Below are positions 18,878 through 27,664 of a stretch of DNA of 64,000 bases, one piece after another. The stretch comes from Candidatus Foliamicus sp. (lineage in GTDB: Bacteria > Pseudomonadota > Gammaproteobacteria > Steroidobacterales > Foliamicaceae). The notes under the pieces were generated by a model. That model was not told where the DNA came from. It made no database searches and saw only the letters and a program-made list of their open reading frames with translations. Both the position numbers and the translations under genes were made by a program. Numbering within the stretch: position 1 is the stretch's first letter; every line of letters starts with the position of its first letter. The stretch spans positions 2,307,771 to 2,371,770 of the forward strand of contig OZ242252.1 in NCBI GenBank assembly GCA_965206955.1. The letters are read 5' to 3'.

Positions 18878-19429
18878 ATGACCTTCCTGATTGACTCCTG
18901 GGTTTCGATCAGAGGCTTTTTTGAGCTGGGCGGGCCAGTGCTGTACGCCATCCTCGGCGTAACCATGCTGATGTGGACTCTGATTGTGGAACGCCTGTGG
19001 TATTTCTTCGGCGTTCTGCCGGAGGAAATGCGCAACGCCCGGCAACTGTGGGAAAACGGGAAGCGCGACGGGTCGTGGTTCGCAACCAATATCCGGCGGC
19101 TTATTCTTTCGGAAGTCGGCCTGGGCGCGAAGCGCAATCTGGGGCTGATTCAAACGCTCATGCAGATTCTGCCTCTTCTGGGCCTCCTGGGCACGGTTTG
19201 GGGCATGATCCAGGTGTTCGAAATCATGACGGTGTTCGGCACCGGCAACGCACGTTTGATGGCGGGCGGCGTTTCGCAAGCCACCATACCAACTATGTCT
19301 GGCCTGGTCGCTGCGCTTTCTGGACTCTATTTGTCGGCCTGGCTGCGGCAGCGCGCCAAACTCAAGATGGAGGAGCTGGAGGACGTGCTGGAAATGCAAT
19401 TTGACGAAGGCTCTCAGAACCGGGAATGA
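18878..19429 (+). CDS. exbB: MotA/TolQ/ExbB proton-channel protein
   Basis: 183 aa with three TM segments and the motif LLGLLGTVWGMIQVF...GGVSQATIPTMSGLVAA. Confidence 0.85.
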   Translation: MTFLIDSWVSIRGFFELGGPVLYAILGVTMLMWTLIVERLWYFFGVLPEEMRNARQLWENGKRDGSWFATNIRRLILSEVGLGAKRNLGLIQTLMQILPLLGLLGTVWGMIQVFEIMTVFGTGNARLMAGGVSQATIPTMSGLVAALSGLYLSAWLRQRAKLKMEELEDVLEMQFDEGSQNRE

Positions 19430-19836
19430 TTGAGCGCAAACATCGCAAACGGGCGGCGGAAGAGGCCGAGATCAACATCACGCCGATGCTGGACATCGTG
19501 TTCATCATGTTGATTTTCTTCATTGTCACAACTTCCTTCGTAAAGGAGCTCGGAGTGGATCTCGACCGTCCGTCAAACGCGCCGGTCAAGGAGGAGAAGC
19601 GTTCCGAGGTCATCCCGGTTCGGATTGAAGCCAATGGGCAGATCTTTGTTGAGAACCGCCTGGTGAACGTAGGAGCGGTGCGGGCCAATATCGTTACCGG
19701 CCTTGCCGCCAAGCCGAACGCCACCGTGGTCGTGATCGCGGACCGCGACGCGGATTCCGGTTACATCGTAACGGTCGTCGATCAGGCCCGTGTGGCGGGC
19801 GCCGGCAAAGTTTCGCTGGCGGCCGCGTCGCGCTAG
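19426..19836 (+). CDS. exbD: biopolymer transport protein ExbD/TolR
   Basis: 136 aa. EINITPMLDIVFIMLIFFIVTTSF is the canonical ExbD N-terminal TM segment. ATGA overlap with exbB. Confidence 0.88.
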   Translation: MIERKHRKRAAEEAEINITPMLDIVFIMLIFFIVTTSFVKELGVDLDRPSNAPVKEEKRSEVIPVRIEANGQIFVENRLVNVGAVRANIVTGLAAKPNATVVVIADRDADSGYIVTVVDQARVAGAGKVSLAAASR

Positions 19837-19846
19837 GGGGTATGCT

Positions 19847-20254
19847 ATGCCGCAGATACGAAGGCGCAAACCGGAAGAAGAGGGCGAGATCAACATCACG
19901 CCGATGCTGGACATCGTGTTCATCATGCTGATCTTCTTCATCGTTACCACTTCATTCGTGAAGGAACCCGGCATCAACCCAAATCGCCCCTGGGCACAAA
20001 CGGCGGCAACCAAGGAGCGAGGCAACATCATGATCGCGGTTTCGGATAGCGATCAGATATGGATGAACAAGAAGCGGGTAGAACTCCACGGCATTCGACA
20101 GTTGGTTGAGGCCGCGCGGGCGGAGAACCCGGAAAGCAGCGTTATCATCGTAGCCGACCAGGCTGCGTCTACCGGCATGGTGATCGACCTGATGGATAAT
20201 GTGCGAGCTGCCGGCGTGACCAGCATTGCTTTGGCTGCGGAGGGAGTGGACTAG
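19847..20254 (+). CDS. exbD: biopolymer transport protein ExbD/TolR, second copy
   Basis: The ATG at 19847 gives MPQIRRRKPEEEGEINITPMLDIVFIMLIFFIVTTSF. The TM segment is identical to the first ExbD and the periplasmic domain differs. Confidence 0.85.
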   Translation: MPQIRRRKPEEEGEINITPMLDIVFIMLIFFIVTTSFVKEPGINPNRPWAQTAATKERGNIMIAVSDSDQIWMNKKRVELHGIRQLVEAARAENPESSVIIVADQAASTGMVIDLMDNVRAAGVTSIALAAEGVD

Positions 20255-20895
20255 TGATGAACCAGACAAGATGGCGCACGGTCGGATCGATCGTCGGCGG
20301 TGTATTTGTAGCACTTCTGTTGTTTCTGTTCATGAACACGCTGATCAGTGGCGGCAAGGGCAAACAGGGCGCGGCCACCGCAGGACAGATCGTGGACCTG
20401 ATCCGCGTGCAAGACGATCCAATCGTGCAGACCAAGCAGCGTGTTCGGCCCAAGAAACCGCCTCCGCCCAAGGATCCTCCGCCTCCGCCCAAACTCAAGC
20501 TTTCCAACGAGCCCAAACCGCAGAAAAATCCGATGCGTATCGATCTTCCCAAGATTGACGTTTCGGGCGCCGCCGGAGGTGGGCCGTTCATCGGAACCTG
20601 GGAACCCGGCGATCCCGCGGCCGAAGGCGAAGCAATTCCGATCGTGCGCATCGATCCCCAGTACCCGCGCGAGGCTCTGATGGACGGCACCGAGGGATAC
20701 GTCAAATTTGAAGTGCTGATCGGCACCGACGGCAGTGTGCTGGATGTAGAGGTAACCGAGGCGGCGCCCGGCCGAATTTTCGTTCGTAACGCGGTGCGCG
20801 CGGTGCGTCGCTGGAAATTCAAGCCACGCGTAGTTAACGGAGTTGCGGTGGAGCGTTGGGCCAAGACCAGCATCGTGTTCGAGCTGGATAGCTGA
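20254..20895 (+). CDS. tonB: energy transducer TonB (copy a)
   Basis: 213 aa. N-terminal TM segment, Pro-rich spacer (KKPPPPKDPPPPPK), and TonB C-terminal domain (YPREALMDGTEGYVKFEVLIGTDG...RRWKFKP). Confidence 0.88.
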   Translation: MMNQTRWRTVGSIVGGVFVALLLFLFMNTLISGGKGKQGAATAGQIVDLIRVQDDPIVQTKQRVRPKKPPPPKDPPPPPKLKLSNEPKPQKNPMRIDLPKIDVSGAAGGGPFIGTWEPGDPAAEGEAIPIVRIDPQYPREALMDGTEGYVKFEVLIGTDGSVLDVEVTEAAPGRIFVRNAVRAVRRWKFKPRVVNGVAVERWAKTSIVFELDS

Positions 20896-20933
20896 GGCCG
20901 AAGGCAGCGTCAGGCTTCGAACATTTTCCTGAG

Positions 20934-21575
20934 ATGGGAGGGTCGCCGATGAGACATGCAGTATGGCGCCGGGGCGCCTCGATAGCGGGCGGAACTTTCG
21001 TCGCGCTGGCGCTGTTCTTGTTGATGACCGTCCTTATTGACGGCGGACAGGGCCAGCCGGGTACAGCAACGGCGGGACAAATCGTGGATCTGATTCACCT
21101 GCAGGAAGAGGAAATCGTGCCCCGCAAGGTGCGCGTCCTTCCCAAGAAACCGCCGCGCAAGGAACCTCCGCCTCCCGTAAGAATCACGCAATCCAATGAC
21201 ATTGAGCCGCAAAGGGAACCGCTACGTATCGACTTCCCCACGATTGGCGCAACGGGCGGCGGGCCGATCATAGGACCCTGGAAACCAGGCGCCCCTGCGC
21301 CCGAGGGCGAAGCAATTCCGATCCAGCGTGTTAACCCGCAGTATCCGCAGCAGGCGCTGATGGACGGCACCGAGGGCTACGTCAGCCTTGAGGTACTGAT
21401 TGGCACTGACGGCAGGGTGCTGGAAGCAAAGGTGACCGAGGCCGCGCCCGGCCGAGTTTTCGTGGGTAGCGCAATCCGCGCGGTGCGTCGCTGGAAATTC
21501 AAGCCACGCGTAGTTGATGGGGTCCCGGTCGAGCGCTGGGCCAAGACCAGCATCGTGTTCAAGTTGGATAACTAA
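20934..21575 (+). CDS. tonB: energy transducer TonB (copy b, tandem paralog)
   Basis: 213 aa with the same architecture as copy a. The C-terminal domain is near-identical to copy a, including a 39-nt perfect DNA match. Confidence 0.85.
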   Translation: MGGSPMRHAVWRRGASIAGGTFVALALFLLMTVLIDGGQGQPGTATAGQIVDLIHLQEEEIVPRKVRVLPKKPPRKEPPPPVRITQSNDIEPQREPLRIDFPTIGATGGGPIIGPWKPGAPAPEGEAIPIQRVNPQYPQQALMDGTEGYVSLEVLIGTDGRVLEAKVTEAAPGRVFVGSAIRAVRRWKFKPRVVDGVPVERWAKTSIVFKLDN

Positions 21576-22853
21576 ATGGCTAAACACCTCATTGCGGCAC
21601 TGGCTTTGGCGTTACTGGCGCCGCTGGCGGCGGCGCAGGACGACTACACCGACCTGCCTACCTGGCATCCGCTTCGGCCGGACCGTGTTGCTGAAGAACG
21701 CGAAGAAACATCCGGTCAGATGAGCGAAGGCTTTTACCGGCGGTTGTCCCGCGCTCACGAACTTCTGGACGAAGATAATCTCACAGAGGCCGCGGACCTG
21801 CTGGACCGGATTCGCCCCGACCGTATTGGAAAATATGAAGCCGCCCAGCTCTACCAGACCTACGGATTTATCTACTCGCAACTGGAACGGGAAGAGGACG
21901 CCTTCGGAGCATTCGAAAAGTGCCTGGAGTTGGACGCATTGCCGACTTATGTTCAGCAGGGCATTGTGTATTCGGTAGCGGGCTACTACGCGGGTAAGGA
22001 CCGCTACCAGGAATCCAACGACACCTTGCTGCGCTGGTTCCGTTACGAGGCGGAGCCCATTGCCGATGCATACATCCTCATGGGCGCCAATTTCGCCCAG
22101 CGGGAAATGATGGCTGAGGCCTTGCCGTACGTGGTTCGCGCCAACCAGCTGGCCAAGGAACCCAGTGAAAACTGGCGTAATCTCCAACTGGCCATCCACG
22201 TTGAGTTGGGCCAGTTTGCCGAGGCCATAGAGTTGTTGAAAAGCAATTTAGCTATCTGGCCCGACAATCTGCGCTTCTACCTGGTTCTTTCCAGTCTGAA
22301 CATGGAACTCCAAAACGACGAGGGCTCTCTCGCCGCACTGGCGATTCCCTGGTATCGCGGATTGCTGGTGAAAGAGGTGGAAATCATTAACCTGGTGCGA
22401 CTTAACCTGTTTCTGGAGAATCCCGCCCGGGCCGGCTTGATCCTGAGTGAGGCGATGGAACGCGGTTACGTAGAAGAAAGCTCCGAGAATCTTCGCCTGC
22501 TGCTGAGTTCCTGGACCATGGCGCGAGAAATGGAGCGGGCCGTGGATACGATCGATAAGCTGGCAGCGACTTCCGACGATGGCGAGTACTACCATCGCAA
22601 AGCCATGTTGCTGAACGAGACCGGCGAATGGGAGGGGGTGGTGGAATCCTGCCGCTTGGCGCTTGAAAAAGGCGGACTGGAGCGCCCTGCCGAAGTCTGG
22701 GTGCTGCTGGGTGTTTCCCTGGCTGAGCTGCGGCGCTTTGATGAAGCAATAGAATCCTTCGAGAGCGCCAAGAAAAGTGGCAATGAGAATATTCGCCGCA
22801 ACGCTATTGCCTGGATTGCCTACGTCAAGGATCGCCGAGGGGATAGTTCCTGA
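21576..22853 (+). CDS. tetratricopeptide-repeat protein (TtpD-like last gene of the TonB2-type operon)
   Basis: 425 aa with a signal peptide and repeated TPR-like helical pairs. It starts directly after the tonB stop (TAAATG). Confidence 0.7.
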   Translation: MAKHLIAALALALLAPLAAAQDDYTDLPTWHPLRPDRVAEEREETSGQMSEGFYRRLSRAHELLDEDNLTEAADLLDRIRPDRIGKYEAAQLYQTYGFIYSQLEREEDAFGAFEKCLELDALPTYVQQGIVYSVAGYYAGKDRYQESNDTLLRWFRYEAEPIADAYILMGANFAQREMMAEALPYVVRANQLAKEPSENWRNLQLAIHVELGQFAEAIELLKSNLAIWPDNLRFYLVLSSLNMELQNDEGSLAALAIPWYRGLLVKEVEIINLVRLNLFLENPARAGLILSEAMERGYVEESSENLRLLLSSWTMAREMERAVDTIDKLAATSDDGEYYHRKAMLLNETGEWEGVVESCRLALEKGGLERPAEVWVLLGVSLAELRRFDEAIESFESAKKSGNENIRRNAIAWIAYVKDRRGDSS

Positions 22854-22906
22854 TCTGACGTCCGCAACTGATCTACGCCGGCCGCGCACAGCAGCCTCCC
22901 GCAGCG

Positions 22907-23629
22907 CTAACAGGCCCTGGTCTTTTTCAACGCCGTGTCCATCGCTTCCCGGCACTCTTCGGAAAGTTGCTCTGCCTGGCGCAAGCGGGATCCGCTCCCC
23001 GAAGTCCGTATTGGCGCCAAGAAACACACCTCAATATGCGACGGCGTGAACAGCCATGAACCGGAGGGCAAGAGGCGGCGGCAGCCTGTAATAACCATTG
23101 GCACGACCGGCAAGCCTCCGGCGGCGGCGGCGGCAAAGGCCCCCGTATGAAACGGCAGCAATTCCCGATCTGGACGGAAGGTCCCTTCCGGAAATATCGC
23201 CAATGATTGCCCGGCTCGCGCAGCCCGGAGCATGCCTCGAAGGTCGGCGACACGCCCTGTGCTCTGTTCCCGCTCCACGAATATGGTCCCGATGCGGCCC
23301 AGCATACGGCCGGCCAGCGGCACCGTCCGCATTTCCCGCTTTATCACCAGGCGAAATCGGGACGCCAGCAAGGCGCAAAGCAGGAACCCATCGGCAAAAC
23401 TTGCGTGATTGGCCGCAACCACGCAAGGCTCGGAGGGAAGGTTCTCGAGCCCGCGCACCTCGGGCCAGGCGCCTCCCAGGCGAAAGATGAGTCGGGAGGC
23501 GGAGCGGGCGCATTTTCGGCAGCGTTTCTCCCCGGGAAGGATCAATATCGCCAATGAAGCGACTAATGCTATCGTGCCAACAACGATCCAGCCCCAAAGC
23601 GTATAGGGATATACCAGCAGACGGGTCAT
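22907..23629 (-). CDS. 1-acyl-sn-glycerol-3-phosphate acyltransferase family (PlsC-like)
   Basis: HX4D motif (NHASFADG) and an FPEGT motif. The start was chosen at MTRLLVYPYTLWGW..., which is the TM anchor. Confidence 0.8.
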   Translation of the reverse strand: MTRLLVYPYTLWGWIVVGTIALVASLAILILPGEKRCRKCARSASRLIFRLGGAWPEVRGLENLPSEPCVVAANHASFADGFLLCALLASRFRLVIKREMRTVPLAGRMLGRIGTIFVEREQSTGRVADLRGMLRAARAGQSLAIFPEGTFRPDRELLPFHTGAFAAAAAGGLPVVPMVITGCRRLLPSGSWLFTPSHIEVCFLAPIRTSGSGSRLRQAEQLSEECREAMDTALKKTRAC

Positions 23630-24533
23630 GAGCGGAGATTCTATGGCTGAGTCAAGTGTGATTGATGGGTTTCTTGACGCAATGTGGTCAGAGCATGGCC
23701 TTTCGCAAAACACCCTTGCAGCCTACGGGGCGGACCTGAGGGTGCTGAATCGCTGGCTCAAGAGGCACGGCAGGACCCTGGAAAATGCCCGCAAGGGAGA
23801 CTTGCTTGCCTTTATCAGTGGCCGGGCCGCGGACGGCATCCACTTGCGCACCCTGGCGCGCCAATTGTCCACTGCGCGCCGATTCTACGGCTACCTGATG
23901 CGGGAAGGGCTTATTGCCCGTGATCCTTCCGGGCAGATCGCCAGCCCTCGCATGGGCCGCCCGCTTCCGCACACCTTGTCGGAAGCCGAAGTGGAACAAT
24001 TACTTGCCGCGCCGCCGTTGAATAGTCCGCTCGGCATGCGTGACCGGTGCATGCTCGAAGTGCTGTATGCGACCGGCTTGCGCGTCAGTGAACTGGTGAA
24101 CCTTACTTTGGGGCAAGTAAGTCTTGCCAGCGGAGTCCTGCGGGTTCGTGGCAAAGGCTCCAGGGAACGCCTCACCCCCCTGGGCGAAGAAGCGGCCGAT
24201 TGGCTGCGCAAATTCTTGGACGGCGCACGATCGGACATTCTGGGGGATCGTATTAGCGACGCGCTGTTTCCTACCCGCAGAGGCAAAGCCATGACTCGCC
24301 AGGCATTCTGGCTAAGGCTGCGCAAGCACAGCGCGGCGGCGGGAATCACCGAACATCTTACGCCGCACAGCCTGCGCCACGCTTTCGCCACACATCTCCT
24401 GGATCATGGCGCGGACTTGCGCGTAGTGCAGCTCCTGCTGGGCCACAGTAGCCTGTCTACAACCCAGATCTACACCCAGGTTGCGCGCAAGCGTTTACGC
24501 GAACTGCACCGCCGCCATCACCCCCGCGCTTAG
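23628..24533 (+). CDS. xerD: site-specific tyrosine recombinase XerD
   Basis: 301 aa. N-terminal LSQNTLAAYGADLR, and catalytic HSLRHAFATHLL ... LGHSSLSTTQIYTQV. Confidence 0.9.
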   Translation: MSGDSMAESSVIDGFLDAMWSEHGLSQNTLAAYGADLRVLNRWLKRHGRTLENARKGDLLAFISGRAADGIHLRTLARQLSTARRFYGYLMREGLIARDPSGQIASPRMGRPLPHTLSEAEVEQLLAAPPLNSPLGMRDRCMLEVLYATGLRVSELVNLTLGQVSLASGVLRVRGKGSRERLTPLGEEAADWLRKFLDGARSDILGDRISDALFPTRRGKAMTRQAFWLRLRKHSAAAGITEHLTPHSLRHAFATHLLDHGADLRVVQLLLGHSSLSTTQIYTQVARKRLRELHRRHHPRA

Positions 24534-24566
24534 CAATCCGTGGCGACACTCCGGGTAGAACACATA

Positions 24567-24634
24567 GGAACGAGGGCTTCCAGCCCTCGACGAGGGCAGG
24601 ATGCCCTCGTTCCCAGGGGGGAGCCTCGTTCCCG
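24567..24634. repeat. REP-like hairpin pair, locus E
   Basis: GGAACGAGGGCTTCCAGCCCTCGACGAGGGCAGGATGCCCTCGTTCCCAGG...CCTCGTTCCC, between convergent xerD and qor. Confidence 0.85.
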
Positions 24635-24646
24635 GCGTGATAGAGG

Positions 24647-25627
24647 CTAATCGAGGGTGAGCACCAACTTGCCCTGAGTGAGGTTGTCCTCCATCAGGGC
24701 ATGGGCCTGGGCAGCTTGCTCCAACCGAAAGCAGCGCTGAATCACCGGCCGTAACTGGCCCGATTCAAGCAAGGGCCACAAGTGTTTGCGAATCGCTGTT
24801 GCGATAACGGCTTTCTCTTCCACGGAGCGCGGGCGAAGCGTGGAGCCGGTAATCCACAGGCGCGACAGCATGATTCTGCGCAAGTCAAACTGCGCCTGCG
24901 GCCCGCCCAGTGCGGCGATCAGCACCAGTCGCCCTCCCGGCGTGAGGCTGCGCAGATTGTCACGCAGGTAAGGAGCACCCACCATACATAGAATCACATC
25001 CGCGCCCCGGCCCCCGGTTGCTTGCTTGAAGGTCTCGGCCCAATTCTCGGTTCGATAACATGCACCTGCCCAGGCTCCCAGGCCCAGGCAGAAATCTACT
25101 TTCTCGGCGCTGCCGGCGGTCACGAAGACTCGTGCACCCAGCGCGGTACCAATCTGTATGGACGCCGTCCCGATACCGCTGGCGCCGCCATGCACCAGGA
25201 GGGTGTCCCCGGCCTCCAGCCGCCCCGAGTCCACCAGGTTGGTCCATACCGTGAACCAGGTCTCGGGAATCGCCGCTGCCTCCACCATGGACACACCCAC
25301 CGGTACCGGCAGGCAATGCACCGCCGGAGCCGCACAATACTCCGCGTATCCTCCGCCTGGAAGTAGCGCGCATACGCGTTCGCCCACCGCCGGTGACTTC
25401 ACACCCGGGCCCAGCGCCTCGACGTACCCCGCAACCTCAAGGCCCGGCCACTCCGGCGCCCCCTTTGGCGGTGGATATTGCCCCTGGCGCTGCATGCAAT
25501 CCGGCCGGTTGACACCGGCCGCCGCAACCCGCACAAGCACTTCGCCCGGGCCCGGCGTGGGTCGCGGGCGCTGTTCTACAACCAGCGTTTCCGGTCCTCC
25601 CGGCCTGGATATGGCTACGACGCGCAT
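24647..25627 (-). CDS. NAD(P)H:quinone oxidoreductase (zeta-crystallin/Qor-type MDR)
   Basis: The start at MRVVAISRPGGPETLVVEQ gives 326 aa. Cofactor-binding motif VHGGASGIGTASIQ. Confidence 0.85.
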   Translation of the reverse strand: MRVVAISRPGGPETLVVEQRPRPTPGPGEVLVRVAAAGVNRPDCMQRQGQYPPPKGAPEWPGLEVAGYVEALGPGVKSPAVGERVCALLPGGGYAEYCAAPAVHCLPVPVGVSMVEAAAIPETWFTVWTNLVDSGRLEAGDTLLVHGGASGIGTASIQIGTALGARVFVTAGSAEKVDFCLGLGAWAGACYRTENWAETFKQATGGRGADVILCMVGAPYLRDNLRSLTPGGRLVLIAALGGPQAQFDLRRIMLSRLWITGSTLRPRSVEEKAVIATAIRKHLWPLLESGQLRPVIQRCFRLEQAAQAHALMEDNLTQGKLVLTLD

Positions 25628-25728
25628 GAAATCGAAGGCAATCTGAAACCGGCCCTTGAGACACCAGCCTGGGGCCGGCAGTATAGCCTCCGCTTGCCCC
25701 CACGGCATGAATCATCGAAGATAGACAC

Positions 25729-26790
25729 ATGCCAACACAATCGATAGACAAGATTGATGTCGTGACCCTGCACAGGGACGCCCGGGACACACTGGGGCGG
25801 CCGTTGCGCGACTTGCGGATTTCAGTGATGGACCGGTGCAATTTCCGCTGTCCCTACTGTATGCCCGAGGACATTTACGACCGAAATTTCCGTTTCCTTT
25901 CCAGCAAGCAGAGGTTGTCGTTTGCCGAAATCATTCGACTTGCCCGGCTGTTTGTGCAGCTGGGCGCGAGCAAATTGCGGATCACCGGCGGTGAGCCGCT
26001 ATTGCGCGCCGGTCTGGCTGATCTGGTTGGAGATCTTTCCCGCCTCGACGGTGTGCAGGATGTCGCTCTGACAACCAACGGCGTTTTGCTGGCGCAACAA
26101 GCCGCGGCCCTCACTGCCGCCGGCCTGGACCGGGTGACGGTAAGCCTGGATGCCGTTGACGAGGAACTGTTCCGGCGCATGAGCGGCGGCCGGGGCCGCC
26201 TGCAGTCCGTGCTGGATGGCATTGCCGAGGCGCGCTCCGCAGGGTTGAACCCGATCAAGGTCAACGCGGTTATCCAGCGCGGCGTCAACGACCACCATGT
26301 ACTGGAACTGGTCGAGCATTTCCGCGGGACCGGAATGATCTTACGGTTCATCGAGTACATGGACGTGGGCACGATCAACAACTGGAACGTGTCACAGACC
26401 GTCCCTTCCGCCGAGATTGTTCACAGGATTCATCAACGCTGGCCAATGCGGGCTTTGGGGGCCAATTACCACGGCGAAGTAGCCAGGCGCTACGCCTTTG
26501 CGGACGGGCAGGGTGAGCTGGGATTCATAACGTCGGTAACGCAACCGTTTTGCGGTTCCTGCAATCGCGCCCGCTTGTCCTCGGACGGGCGCCTCTATAC
26601 CTGCCTGTTCGCTTCACAGGGACTTGATTTGCGGGAACCCATGCGTGATGGGGCCAGCGACGAGGCGTTATCCGAGTTGATCCGAACCTGTTGGACCCGC
26701 CGGAAAGACCGCTATAGCGAATTGCGGACGTCCGCGGAAAGCGAGGAAAACTCGCAAGAAAAGGTGGAGATGTACTACATCGGGGGGTAG
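25729..26790 (+). CDS. moaA: GTP 3',8-cyclase (molybdenum cofactor biosynthesis protein A)
   Basis: Radical-SAM motif CNFRCPYCMP, C-terminal cluster CGSCNRARLSSDG, and a terminal GG. Confidence 0.93.
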   Translation: MPTQSIDKIDVVTLHRDARDTLGRPLRDLRISVMDRCNFRCPYCMPEDIYDRNFRFLSSKQRLSFAEIIRLARLFVQLGASKLRITGGEPLLRAGLADLVGDLSRLDGVQDVALTTNGVLLAQQAAALTAAGLDRVTVSLDAVDEELFRRMSGGRGRLQSVLDGIAEARSAGLNPIKVNAVIQRGVNDHHVLELVEHFRGTGMILRFIEYMDVGTINNWNVSQTVPSAEIVHRIHQRWPMRALGANYHGEVARRYAFADGQGELGFITSVTQPFCGSCNRARLSSDGRLYTCLFASQGLDLREPMRDGASDEALSELIRTCWTRRKDRYSELRTSAESEENSQEKVEMYYIGG

Positions 26791-26841
26791 CCGAGAATTG
26801 CGTTATTATTCGCCACTTGGCGCTACCGGGGGATAAGCGAA

Positions 26842-27546
26842 ATGGCGCTCCCGCAAAGATTTGTTGTGGCAACGGCCATCGTTGCCCTCTTTGGGTTATC
26901 AGCAGCTGCGAGAGGCCAGGAGGACCCTGCGGTAACGGCAAACCTTGCTGTAACTACCGACTACGTATTTCGCGGTTATACGCAAACCGGCGAGGATGCC
27001 GCCGTGCAGGGAGGCGTGGACTGGGCCGACCCAAGCGGGTGGTATATCGGCGCCTGGGCATCCAATATCGATTTCGGCCCCGGAGATGACGCTTCCATGG
27101 AAGTGGACCTCTACGGGGGATACGCGTGGGAAATCAACGATGTGAGCTATGACCTGGGAGTGATTTACTACGCCTATCCCGGCGCTGACGAAATGTCCGG
27201 CTATGACTTTATCGAAGCTTACTTAAGCCTTGGGTATGACCTCGAAGCCGTTTCGCTTTCGGCCGCCGTAAATTTCACGCCGGACAACTTTGGAGAAACG
27301 GGCAATGGCTGGTACCTCACCGGCGGGCTCAGCAGGGCGCTCTCGGAAGCTTTGAGTGTGGATGCGAATGTCGGCTTCTCCCAGGTTACGCCCGATTTCG
27401 GTGAAGACTACCTCGATTGGAACCTGGGCCTTAGTTATTCCTTTTCGCGCTTTGCAATGGACTTGCGCTACCACGACACGGATGCGCCTGATTGTGCCGG
27501 CGCCTGCGATGCACGCGTTGTGCTGAGCTTGTCGGCAGGCTTTTGA
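26842..27546 (+). CDS. small beta-barrel outer-membrane protein (TIGR02001-like)
   Basis: 234 aa. Signal peptide, alternating beta-strand pattern, signature TTDYVFRGYTQT, and a terminal aromatic residue (LSAGF). Confidence 0.7.
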   Translation: MALPQRFVVATAIVALFGLSAAARGQEDPAVTANLAVTTDYVFRGYTQTGEDAAVQGGVDWADPSGWYIGAWASNIDFGPGDDASMEVDLYGGYAWEINDVSYDLGVIYYAYPGADEMSGYDFIEAYLSLGYDLEAVSLSAAVNFTPDNFGETGNGWYLTGGLSRALSEALSVDANVGFSQVTPDFGEDYLDWNLGLSYSFSRFAMDLRYHDTDAPDCAGACDARVVLSLSAGF

Positions 27547-27664
27547 GTTTGCCGCTTGCGGGCACACCTCCGCTGAGTCAGCGGAATTTGTTTCGGGTCA
27601 CCCGCCGGTCAGCGCGGCCTGCTCGCCTGCCTGTCGGGTGGCCAATTGCTCTGGGGAGAGATTC

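Noticed and set aside
23628-24533. Tyrosine recombinase as a marker of an integrated mobile element
   Set aside because: The sequence has the specific XerD N-terminal and catalytic signatures and sits among housekeeping genes. No att-like repeats, phage genes or transposon genes are nearby.
25628-25728. Molybdenum-cofactor riboswitch upstream of moaA
   Set aside because: Only ~100 nt are available. I could see only a short CCTCCG-like stretch, which does not support the multi-stem Moco motif by eye. A covariance-model scan (Rfam MOCO_RNA_motif) would be needed.
27547-27664. Sigma-54 (GG-N10-GC) promoter or a hidden glnK between the porin gene and amtB
   Set aside because: TGGCCAATTGCT has the wrong GG-to-GC spacing. 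No ORF of PII size fits in the 118-bp gap.
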